64,000 nucleotides of DNA, taken from the IMG/VR virus record IMGVR_UViG_3300037628_000362, positions 12,697-76,696 of that record, one strand, 5' to 3'. Every line of letters begins with the position of its first letter. Within the stretch, counting starts at the first letter, position 1. The notes under the pieces were generated by a model, which was not told where the DNA came from, did not search any database, and worked only from the letters and a program-made list of their open reading frames with translations. This document shows, piece after piece, positions 1 through 8,375 of the stretch. Origin of the DNA: a virus. A program made the position numbers and the translations under genes.

Positions 1-25
1 CAAGAGCGGAATAGCAAAACGCGGG

Positions 26-862
26 ATGTGCCAGCGGCCGGGCGATTGGCGGGAATTTTACACAGGATACTGTACGGCGCTGGGTCCAACCGATGACGTT
101 CTTGTCGATCAGGGAGGACGAAAGCGTAACGGCGTATTGACTGGAATGGATCCGCCGACAGATTGGGTATTCGACGGAGGCGAAGGGTATTACGGGCTGG
201 ACTTAGACGGCACTAATGACAACATCGATTTTACCGGAACAGGATTCGGTAAGGTTGCCACATCGATACCCGGAACATGGTCTATGTTGTTCCGGTTCAA
301 GATGACCTCTTCGGCAGCGACACGGATATTCTCTGGGACCGGGACTGGCGGGACAGCACCGTTTATGTTCATTGGTCTTAATCAAGGCGGGGGCGATCCG
401 GCGACGAGCATTCGGGTTCAGCTTCGAGACACGTCTGGTAATATCCTGTCTGAAAGAACAGGGTCGACGAGTCCTCAAATCAACGACGGAAACGTTCATA
501 GTATGGGGGTCGTGAAGACCAGTAATAGCGCCGGGGGAATCGCGGTCTGTATCGATGGTGTGCCTCAGAGCATGACCAACCTCACCGATACCGGATTTGC
601 CAACCAGCCGAACTGGGATACTGGCATTCGCTTCGGAACAAACTCTGGTGCAACGGTTCAGTTTTTTGCTGGAACTCTATTCGACTTTCGGGTACTGACT
701 CGCGAAGTGTCCGTAAATGAACTGATTGCCTATCATCGCGACTTCAGGGCTACCTACCGTCGGCGACGCACAGTGTTGTCTAGGCCCAGAATTGGCGGAC
801 CATTCCCGCACTATATTCATCGGGCTAATTCCCTAGGCGGAATGCAGGGGCTGGGCCTATGA
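26..862 (+). CDS. LamG/concanavalin A-like jelly-roll virion protein (frame is open to the window edge, so may start upstream)
   Basis: LDLDGTNDNI...INDGNVHSMGVV...VCIDG...FAGTLFDFRVLTREVS pattern typical of LamG_3 domains; lies in the structural operon. Confidence 0.7.
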   Translation: MCQRPGDWREFYTGYCTALGPTDDVLVDQGGRKRNGVLTGMDPPTDWVFDGGEGYYGLDLDGTNDNIDFTGTGFGKVATSIPGTWSMLFRFKMTSSAATRIFSGTGTGGTAPFMFIGLNQGGGDPATSIRVQLRDTSGNILSERTGSTSPQINDGNVHSMGVVKTSNSAGGIAVCIDGVPQSMTNLTDTGFANQPNWDTGIRFGTNSGATVQFFAGTLFDFRVLTREVSVNELIAYHRDFRATYRRRRTVLSRPRIGGPFPHYIHRANSLGGMQGLGL

Positions 863-1590
863 GTCTCATATCGTACACGCACGACCAGGATTCGGTGATA
901 CTACGGGTTAAGATCCTGGATTCCTCCGTCAGCACAGGGGCTGGGAAAACCGGGCTTCTGTTCTCATCTGCCGGTCTCATTATCGGCACGATCGCCGACA
1001 AAGAAGCTACTACGACAGCATATACGCAAGCCGGGAGTACAATTGAGACAATCGTAGCCTTAGGGACCTACTCTCCACCGGCTGCCACTAAGTGCCGGTT
1101 CAAGGAGATTGACGGCACGAACCATCTGGGCGTGTACGAAATTCATTTAGCTGATGCTCGGTTCGCGGTGGCTTCAGCCAAGTCGCTGCTGGTGAGCATT
1201 AGTGGTGCGGCGAATGCGGCCGAGTGCGACGTGCTGATCCCGCTTACACAAACAGACCCGTATGATAATGTACGGGGTGGCATAACTGCATTACCAAATG
1301 CAGCAGCAGATGACGCGTTCGGATTGCCCATCAGCGACGCCGGTGGCCTGGACCTGGATAACATGGTTGCGAATGAGCTTAACGTGACGACTTACGCCGA
1401 GCCATCGTCGGTCCCGGCTGCTACGGCTTCTATTCGGGCGATGGTTCACTGGCTCTTTACTTTGTCTCGCAATAAGGGCACGCAAATATCCACGACAAAG
1501 ACGCTCCGTAATGATGCGGACGGCGCTGACATTGGAACTTCACCGATGAGTTCAGACGGTACGACCTTCACTAGGGGAAAATGGAGCTAG
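859..1590 (+). CDS. Putative virion structural/fibre protein
   Basis: ATGA-coupled to the previous gene; Thr/Ala/Gly-rich; shares LPxAAxDxAxGLPxSDAGGLDxDN with 3162..4736. Confidence 0.6.
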   Translation: MSLISYTHDQDSVILRVKILDSSVSTGAGKTGLLFSSAGLIIGTIADKEATTTAYTQAGSTIETIVALGTYSPPAATKCRFKEIDGTNHLGVYEIHLADARFAVASAKSLLVSISGAANAAECDVLIPLTQTDPYDNVRGGITALPNAAADDAFGLPISDAGGLDLDNMVANELNVTTYAEPSSVPAATASIRAMVHWLFTLSRNKGTQISTTKTLRNDADGADIGTSPMSSDGTTFTRGKWS

Positions 1591-1592
1591 CT

Positions 1593-2939
1593 ATGGCGGA
1601 TAACACTACACTGCCGGGGACAGGAGAAGTCTACGCCGCGTCAGAAAAGACGTTCGGGGGCGTCCTGGCAAAGCACCAACGAGTTGACATAAATTTCTAT
1701 GACGGGCCGTCTTGTGACGCCTTTGGTCGGATTCGTACATCAGATCCAGAAACGATTTTCGACAGCAAGCTTCTCCACGCAGACGATCAATCTCTGCTAT
1801 GGGACGAAGAGCTGATCTCCGGTACGATGGCCACTGCCGCCCCGACTGCCGCCAAGCCGTTTATCGACTTCACTAGCACTAACGTGACCGCAGGACGGAG
1901 AGTCCGGCAAACCTTTCAGAGGTTTAATTACCAACCGGGGCATAGTCAGCTAATTTTAATGACGGGGGTTCTGGAATTGGCTTCCGGCACTAAGACGGGG
2001 TGTGAGCGTAGGTTTGGCCAGTACGACGATGACAACGGAGTATTCTTTGAGAGCGATGCAGGAACGATTGCATTTACCATCCGAACTAACGACACCGGGT
2101 CCCCTGTTGACACTACCGTCGCACAGGCGAGTTGGAGTCTGGATACTCTTGACGGTGGCGCCGACGCCTCGAACCCTTCCGGCCTAACACTGGATGCGAC
2201 AAAGGCACAGATTGTCGTATTCGACTACCAGTGGCTTTCAGTCGGTCGCGTAAGGGTTGGCTTCCAGATCGGCGGAATCACTCATTATGTTCACGCATTT
2301 AATGTCTCAAACACTTTACAAATACCCTGGACTAGTACGCCCAACTTACCGCTGCGATATGAGATTGTCACGACGACATCGAGTGGCGTATGTTCAATGC
2401 GCTGTATCTGTGGTTCCGTGATATCCGAAGGTGGTGTCTCGGATCGCGGAATTGTTCGCTACCGAAGCACGTCTGGCGCGGCGGTAACGAGTGCCGTCGA
2501 GAATACGCTTTATGTCCTAGTGGCGGTTCGGCTTAAAACTACTCATCTAGGAGGTTCTGTCAGGCCGATTTCCGCCAACATATTTATCGAATCCGCCAAT
2601 GAAAAAGTTGAATGGGTGTTGCTCCACGGGGACAAAAACAACCCGCTAACAATCGGCGGATCACTAACCTACGCGGACTTCGCTGAAAGTATTTGCCAGA
2701 CCGCTCTTGGGGCTACGGCCAATACTGTGTCGGGAGGTGTAGAAATTGACGGCGGATATTCGTTCAGCGGATCAGGAGGAGGAGGAGCAGGAGTTGCCGC
2801 CGGAGACACTCATTCGACGCTCCCACTTGGCGCGGCAATCGATGGCACTCGAAGCGAGCTTGTCCTGGCGTTCCGCCCGATCGGAGGAGTGAGCGCAGCA
2901 GATGTCGAAGGTTCCTTGAAGTGGCGGGAGATCACTTAG
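1593..2939 (+). CDS. Putative virion structural protein (beta-rich)
   Basis: DAFGRIRTSDPETIFDSK and RQTFQRFNYQPG motifs recurrent in phage virion proteins; start MADNTT follows GGAG. Confidence 0.6.
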   Translation: MADNTTLPGTGEVYAASEKTFGGVLAKHQRVDINFYDGPSCDAFGRIRTSDPETIFDSKLLHADDQSLLWDEELISGTMATAAPTAAKPFIDFTSTNVTAGRRVRQTFQRFNYQPGHSQLILMTGVLELASGTKTGCERRFGQYDDDNGVFFESDAGTIAFTIRTNDTGSPVDTTVAQASWSLDTLDGGADASNPSGLTLDATKAQIVVFDYQWLSVGRVRVGFQIGGITHYVHAFNVSNTLQIPWTSTPNLPLRYEIVTTTSSGVCSMRCICGSVISEGGVSDRGIVRYRSTSGAAVTSAVENTLYVLVAVRLKTTHLGGSVRPISANIFIESANEKVEWVLLHGDKNNPLTIGGSLTYADFAESICQTALGATANTVSGGVEIDGGYSFSGSGGGGAGVAAGDTHSTLPLGAAIDGTRSELVLAFRPIGGVSAADVEGSLKWREIT

Positions 2940-2940
2940 G

Positions 2941-3162
2941 ATGCCACTTATACCTATATTCGTTCAGAATGCCTTAACAGCCAGCGATAGTCTGTTATTG
3001 TCAGCTTTTAACTTTTGCGATCCATTCGATCATGTTCTTCCTTTTTCGGATGGGACGATCGACAGTGCTGATCGCGCTCACTTATGGGGCATGTATAGTG
3101 GCATAGCTATCTCTGGAGGCATAGTTCCGGTTTGGGCCATTTACGCGGGGGCCAACACCTGA
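2941..3162 (+). CDS. Small hypothetical virion-associated protein
   Basis: Fills the gap exactly, with tight coupling on both sides. Confidence 0.5.
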   Translation: MPLIPIFVQNALTASDSLLLSAFNFCDPFDHVLPFSDGTIDSADRAHLWGMYSGIAISGGIVPVWAIYAGANT

Positions 3163-4736
3163 TGGCTACGCGAGCAGCAGCATTCACGGCGACGTTCTTA
3201 GCTTGGGATACGCTCGCCAATGCGCCGAAAACCGGCGACACGGCAAACATTACACCACGGATTCTCAAAGACGGGACTTCGGCCGCCCTGACAGTCGCTA
3301 CGGTAACTGAAGCCGACGCCACGAATCTCAAGGGGCTGTATAAGGTTGCCGTGAATGCGACCGAAGCTGATTTTGCTCAGATTGTAGTGGGTGGATTTAG
3401 CTCTACGTCAGACGTAGAAATTATCCCCACTACATACCAGATGGAACGGCTTCCTGATGCCGCGCCAGATGAAGCTGGTGGACTTCCGGTCAGTGATGCC
3501 GGCGGGTTAGACATAGACAACCGGATGCTCGACGCCGGGACGGTGACGAATCTTAACACGATCTACGACGGAGTTGAGGGATTTGCCGGGGCTTATGCAG
3601 GTCCGCGGGGGCCAGGCGTCTATTATAACGATGCTGCGGCGAATACGAACACAGTCAACGGAACCGACGGTACTTGGAATAATCATGTTAGCACTCCCGC
3701 TACTGCGAAGACCATTGCCGACAGTCTTGGCATAGATCGTATCTATCTCGTTAAGAATTCGTCTTTCACTGTACCTGCGGCAATGGAGGATTACGAGTTC
3801 TTTGGCATCGGCGAGATGATGGCGAACACAATCGTTCTTAACTCGCAAGATGTAGATAACAGCTACTTCGAGAATGTGTTAATTACAGGAGATCAGGGCG
3901 GTACGGGCCGGATGCAGGCCGAGGGTTGCGTTCTTTTATCTATTACCTCAATGGAGATTACGGCACTTCGACCTATATTGGCCGCGGGCACACTGACGCT
4001 GCGTAATGATTGCGCGTTTGATTTCTGGTCGTCTGCGGTTTCCGGTGGCGGCACTCCCATTATAAACATCGATTCTGTTGCTAACGTAAACACATATTTC
4101 CGACACGGTTCAGGGGGGCTCCAGGTAAATAACGCAGTGGCGACGACCGTCATGTCCGTTGAGACAGATGGACAGCTCATTATAGACGCGACTTGCACGG
4201 GCTTAACAATAGTCCCGCGCGGCAATTTATCGATTACAGATAATGGTACGTCAACGAGTCTGGATCGGGATGCAGCGATTAGCCGAACGGGCCTTCTTGG
4301 CGCGGACAGCACGCTGCCTGCAACAACGTTTTTCTCCGGCGTCACGGACTTAGGAGAATGGCTTGGCCTGATGGCCGGTAAGCAGGTCGGAGATGCCACT
4401 GCACGCACAGAGATACGTGCTACCGGCGCAGGCTCTGGCACCTACGACGAGACGACTGATTCACTGGAGGCCGCACTCGATAGCCAGGACCACGGCGGAA
4501 CCGGTGCCGATGCTGTAACGATCAATCTGGACGCCGCTGGAGACGACTTGGCCGACGCGGACGTTTGGATTTCAAATGACTCTGCCGGCACTAACGTGAT
4601 CGCCGGAACACTCCAGAGTGACAGTAATGGAAACGTGACATTCCAGCTCGACGCCGGGAATACCTACTATTTATGGGTACAGAAGGACGGTGTCAAGTCA
4701 ATCCAGGGCACACAATTTGTAGCCGTAGCGGACTAA
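3162..4736 (+). CDS. Putative tail fibre/spike protein with beta-helix-like middle and C-terminal Ig/carboxypeptidase-regulatory-like domain
   Basis: TGATG overlap start; Thr/Asp/Gly-rich; C-terminal ADADVWI...SDSNGNVTFQLDAGNTYYLWVQKDG. Confidence 0.55.
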   Translation: MATRAAAFTATFLAWDTLANAPKTGDTANITPRILKDGTSAALTVATVTEADATNLKGLYKVAVNATEADFAQIVVGGFSSTSDVEIIPTTYQMERLPDAAPDEAGGLPVSDAGGLDIDNRMLDAGTVTNLNTIYDGVEGFAGAYAGPRGPGVYYNDAAANTNTVNGTDGTWNNHVSTPATAKTIADSLGIDRIYLVKNSSFTVPAAMEDYEFFGIGEMMANTIVLNSQDVDNSYFENVLITGDQGGTGRMQAEGCVLLSITSMEITALRPILAAGTLTLRNDCAFDFWSSAVSGGGTPIINIDSVANVNTYFRHGSGGLQVNNAVATTVMSVETDGQLIIDATCTGLTIVPRGNLSITDNGTSTSLDRDAAISRTGLLGADSTLPATTFFSGVTDLGEWLGLMAGKQVGDATARTEIRATGAGSGTYDETTDSLEAALDSQDHGGTGADAVTINLDAAGDDLADADVWISNDSAGTNVIAGTLQSDSNGNVTFQLDAGNTYYLWVQKDGVKSIQGTQFVAVAD

Positions 4737-4740
4737 AGCC

Positions 4741-5421
4741 ATGACCACAACCCTCGAACTTGATTACGACAGTATCCGCAGGGAACTGGGGCGATTCTTA
4801 TTCGGCGGCACCAACCGAACTCCGTCAAACTGGGACACCACAGAGGCCCAGGACGCCACTGACGTCATCGCCGCCGGCCTCCGGTCTTTCTACTGGCTCA
4901 CGACGGCCACTGAGCTTGGGAACCACTCCTGGTCGTTCCTGCGCCCAGTACGGTCGATCACAACGGCCGCCAGCACAGGGACATACCCCCTGCCGACTGA
5001 CTTCGCCGCGATCATTGGCGACTTCACGTTTGCGGCTTCGAGCAATAAGGGCCGGATCGTGCGGATCGACGACGCGGATATCCGCAGCTTGTACGCCGGT
5101 GCTGAACTCTCCAGGGCCCCGGTATACTATTCGGTGCGGCCAAAGGAAAATCTTGGAGACAGGACGCTCTGGGAGGTCGTGCTTTACCCCGTGCCAGATA
5201 AGGTGTACGAACTCAGCTACCGCAGCGTAATCGAGCCTGCCATGCTCGACCAGGCTAACCCGATCCCTCTTGGTGGGGCCTCGCACGCAGAGACGATCCT
5301 GGAGGCAATCCTGGCCGCAGCAGAGAAGACCATGAAGCCGGAGAGCGGGGAAACCCTCCACCAGCAGAGATTCCTGCAACTTTTGGCGGCCTCTATACAA
5401 AGAGACCAAGAGATTACATAA
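4741..5421 (+). CDS. Head-tail adaptor / tail tubular protein A-like
   Basis: WSFL..., YPLPTDF, LYPVPDKVYELSYR motifs typical of phage adaptor proteins; upstream of the nozzle gene. Confidence 0.65.
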   Translation: MTTTLELDYDSIRRELGRFLFGGTNRTPSNWDTTEAQDATDVIAAGLRSFYWLTTATELGNHSWSFLRPVRSITTAASTGTYPLPTDFAAIIGDFTFAASSNKGRIVRIDDADIRSLYAGAELSRAPVYYSVRPKENLGDRTLWEVVLYPVPDKVYELSYRSVIEPAMLDQANPIPLGGASHAETILEAILAAAEKTMKPESGETLHQQRFLQLLAASIQRDQEIT

Positions 5422-5460
5422 TGGAAAAGTGACACGTTGTCACATTTGAAGGTGAAACTC

Positions 5461-5787
5461 ATGCCATATCCAGTAAAAGACATCGAGCACGGCACTTACG
5501 AGTGGCTGGTACGCGAAATTGCGGGCTATTTATGGGGAAAGTACGACGAAGCCACGCTGGATCACGAGAAGCGCGGAAAGGTTCACTCGATCATCACCAG
5601 CGGGTATCAGCAGTTCCAGAGCCCCCCGCCAATGCCATCCGAGAACGAGCACAAGCCTGCGTCGCCTCCACACCAATGGACTTTCATGCAGCCGCTCGCT
5701 GAAATCGCGCTGGTTCAGGACCAAAAGGAGTACGATCTGCCTGATAATTTCTCGGGTGTAGTCGGTGAATTCACGGTGAGACCATGA
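5461..5787 (+). CDS. N-terminal half of a second adaptor-domain paralog
   Basis: Aligns to the N-half of 4741..5421 (HQWTFMQP/HSWSFLRP; YDLPDNFSGVVGEFT/YPLPTDFAAIIGDFT); SD GAAGGTGA before ATG 5461. Confidence 0.65.
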   Translation: MPYPVKDIEHGTYEWLVREIAGYLWGKYDEATLDHEKRGKVHSIITSGYQQFQSPPPMPSENEHKPASPPHQWTFMQPLAEIALVQDQKEYDLPDNFSGVVGEFTVRP

Positions 5788-7070
5788 TGGTAAACACATT
5801 CTCAACAACCTACGCCTCCGCGGCAATCGTGCCCTCCCCAGGGACCGTGACGGATAAGCATGGCGGCCCGAGTGCCATTGCCATCGTCGATGAGCGGGAG
5901 ATACGTCAACTATCCGCGAACAAGCCCCAGACCGGAACACCGCGGTACTGTGCCCTTCGACCGCTCTTTAGTGATGGCGCGGGCCCACAGAAGTGGGTGG
6001 TCGTATTCTACCCGACACCTAATAAGGACATGGCCGTCGAGTTCCGATACGGAGTTACTCCGCAGCCGCTGTCTGCGGATAATCCGTACCCGATTGGCGG
6101 CCGACAGCACGCCGAGACTCTCTTACAGTCGTGCCTAGCAGTCGCCGAACTACGTGAACAAAAGGAGGCCGGAGCCCAGTCGGCCCGGTTCATGGCAAGC
6201 CTGGCTTCCTCGATCAAGCTCGACTTGGCTACAGCGGCCCCGACCGCCCCCGGGACATGGCCGTTCGAGGATATGCCGGACAGTCTGACAGTCACCAGGG
6301 CGTACCTGAAGCGCCGTGCTGGGCTCCATATGGGCATCGGGGCGAATCAGGGCACCTGGAACCACCACCAGGCCCAGCAGGTCGAACTGGCTGTCCAGAC
6401 CGGCTTGCGTCGTTTTTATACGCCTATTCCATTGCCGGGCGAAAAATCCGCATGGGAGTGGTCATTCTTGTTTCCTGAGGGTAATCTAACGACCGTGACG
6501 GCCAAGGGCGATTACGATCTCCCGGAAGACTTCGCCATGATAGACGGACCAATGACGTATGAGCCCGAATCAAACGTCCTGTACCCAGAGGTCATTCATG
6601 TCGGAGAACACCAATTGCGGTATCGCCGACAGCGTACCCAGGTGAGTAATCGGTCGGAATTGTTCGCGATACGGGTGAAAAACCCTGATGCCGGTACTGG
6701 CACCCGGTATGAGCTGCTTCTCTGGCCGACGCCTGACCAGGAGTACAATATAAAATATCGTTACAAGATTAACCCTGGTTCGCTGTCTGATGATACAGCG
6801 CAGCCGCTCGGCGGGCAACCCCATATGGAATGTGTCATCGCCTCGGTCCTTGCCGCCACAGATGAGATACTAGAGCGCAAGAGCCAATGGGACGCGCGGT
6901 ATTTGCAGTCACTGGCCGCGTCCGTAAGCCACGACAGGAGAGTTAATGCTGCTGGAAGTTACGGCAGGAACGTAGACCGGTCCGACAGGCCATTGCAATT
7001 TAGTATGCCCGATTGGCATGAATGGGACGACAATTTGACCCCGATTAACGGCGTCAGCGGTTACGCCTAG
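5784..7070 (+). CDS. Adaptor paralog: C-terminal half-domain plus one complete adaptor domain
   Basis: FYPTP...NPYPIGGRQHAETLL matches LYPVP...NPIPLGGASHAETIL; then a second full copy (WEWSFL, YDLPEDF, LWPTPD, PLGGQPH). Confidence 0.65.
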   Translation: MMVNTFSTTYASAAIVPSPGTVTDKHGGPSAIAIVDEREIRQLSANKPQTGTPRYCALRPLFSDGAGPQKWVVVFYPTPNKDMAVEFRYGVTPQPLSADNPYPIGGRQHAETLLQSCLAVAELREQKEAGAQSARFMASLASSIKLDLATAAPTAPGTWPFEDMPDSLTVTRAYLKRRAGLHMGIGANQGTWNHHQAQQVELAVQTGLRRFYTPIPLPGEKSAWEWSFLFPEGNLTTVTAKGDYDLPEDFAMIDGPMTYEPESNVLYPEVIHVGEHQLRYRRQRTQVSNRSELFAIRVKNPDAGTGTRYELLLWPTPDQEYNIKYRYKINPGSLSDDTAQPLGGQPHMECVIASVLAATDEILERKSQWDARYLQSLAASVSHDRRVNAAGSYGRNVDRSDRPLQFSMPDWHEWDDNLTPINGVSGYA

Positions 7071-7128
7071 TCGCTTGCAACTCCTGGCGATCCCGTTTAG
7101 AATAACAGAATACCGAAAGGAAGAAAAC

Positions 7129-7497
7129 ATGGCCAATGAAATCACCGTCAGCGTGTCGCTCAATGGCGAGAAAGGCACGAAAAAGGACCGCCGCGCCTTT
7201 GGGGGTTTGCAGTTCGATATGGCTGGAAATAATTTCATCCATCACACACAGTCAATCGGCACATCCGAAGAGGCACTCGTTATGAGCGGAGATGTTACCG
7301 TTCCTGGGTGGGCCGTTTTCTTCAACCACGATGACACGAATTTCGTGGAGATCCGGCCAGCCACTGGGGTTGCCGACCTCGTTACCGTTCCGCCACAAGG
7401 CCCGGCGTTATTTAAGTTTGCATCGGACGCGACTGCGCCTTTCGCAATCGCTGACACTGCGACTTGTGACCTCGAATATTTGATCTTCGAAGCGTAA
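7129..7497 (+). CDS. Putative virion protein
   Basis: SD AAGGAAG; MANEITVSVSL...FFNHDDTNFVEI, beta-rich. Confidence 0.6.
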   Translation: MANEITVSVSLNGEKGTKKDRRAFGGLQFDMAGNNFIHHTQSIGTSEEALVMSGDVTVPGWAVFFNHDDTNFVEIRPATGVADLVTVPPQGPALFKFASDATAPFAIADTATCDLEYLIFEA

Positions 7498-7544
7498 CCA
7501 CTACCTGCGCCACACCTGAGCGCATTACCAAAAAGGAAAACCCT

Positions 7545-8243
7545 ATGTCCTCACCACATGGAATTCTGAAACGACTGCACACCGAGAAAGTCGGCTACAA
7601 GCAACTCGACCCTGGCGACGCTGGAACTATTCAGCCCGATCGCCAGTTCTCATACTTTCCCGTCGTAAGCGGGGCGTCGGGCCAGACCCTCACGCTGGCG
7701 GATCCGGACTTTGCTGGCCAGGTCACAACTGTCGCCATGAAGACCGATGGCGGCGGTGACATTACAATCACAGCCGACTCGGCCTTCGATCAGGTCGGCA
7801 ATACCTCGATTGTGCTAGGTGACGTAGGGGACTCGATTACCCTTGTCGGCATCGAGGACGGCTCAGACCTGGAATGGCGGACTCTGGCACAGCACGGCAT
7901 CGCTATTTCCGTACTGGGATTCACTCTCGACGATGGTGAGAATATCGCCGTTGGCACGTCTACTGGCACTGAGATTGGCACTGCGGCTGCACAGAAGATC
8001 GGCTTCCATGGGGCGACGCCGGTGATCCAAGCTTCAGCAATGACGGCCGGACATGCGACGGTCACTCAAGCCGGGACTGATAGCGGCGACGTGGCGATCC
8101 AGGCCGCGGTGCAGAATACGGGATACGGGTTTGTTGATGCGGCCGAATTCGAGGCGATTGTTGCGATGGTAAGAAATAATAACGTACGGATGCTAGAGGT
8201 AGAGAATATCCTGGAAGGTAAAGGATTCGTCGCGGCAAACTAA
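7545..8243 (+). CDS. Putative capsid decoration/fibre protein
   Basis: SD AAGGAA; GTxTGTxIGTAAxQKIGFHGATPV motif common in phage virion proteins. Confidence 0.6.
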   Translation: MSSPHGILKRLHTEKVGYKQLDPGDAGTIQPDRQFSYFPVVSGASGQTLTLADPDFAGQVTTVAMKTDGGGDITITADSAFDQVGNTSIVLGDVGDSITLVGIEDGSDLEWRTLAQHGIAISVLGFTLDDGENIAVGTSTGTEIGTAAAQKIGFHGATPVIQASAMTAGHATVTQAGTDSGDVAIQAAVQNTGYGFVDAAEFEAIVAMVRNNNVRMLEVENILEGKGFVAAN

Positions 8244-8255
8244 TAACGTCAATTA

Positions 8256-8362
8256 GCCTGAGCGCTGAACCGGGGCCTTGCGGCGAGTGCGCAACTGCCC
8301 GGCAATCAGAACAGGCGGCAGAGGATAATGGATCCGGGCACTCGCCGGGTCCATTCCTTTGT
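8256..8362 (+). ncRNA. Two adjacent hairpins with complementary loops (kissing-loop element)
   Basis: Hairpin 1 8256-8316, loop GCGAGTG; hairpin 2 8327-8355, loop GCACTCG; CGAGTG and CACTCG are reverse complements. Confidence 0.6.
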
Positions 8363-8375
8363 TCAGGAGGCCCGT

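Noticed and set aside
5429-5443. Identity of the 15-bp motif with E. coli matS or CRP sites
   Set aside because: matS is 13 bp (GTGACRNYGTCAC) and CRP is TGTGA-N6-TCACA; the spacing here differs from both.
5766-5790. Programmed -1 frameshift joining the split adaptor ORFs
   Set aside because: No X XXY YYZ slippery site between the upstream -1 frame stop and the TGA; the ATGA overlap with an SD is better explained by translational coupling.
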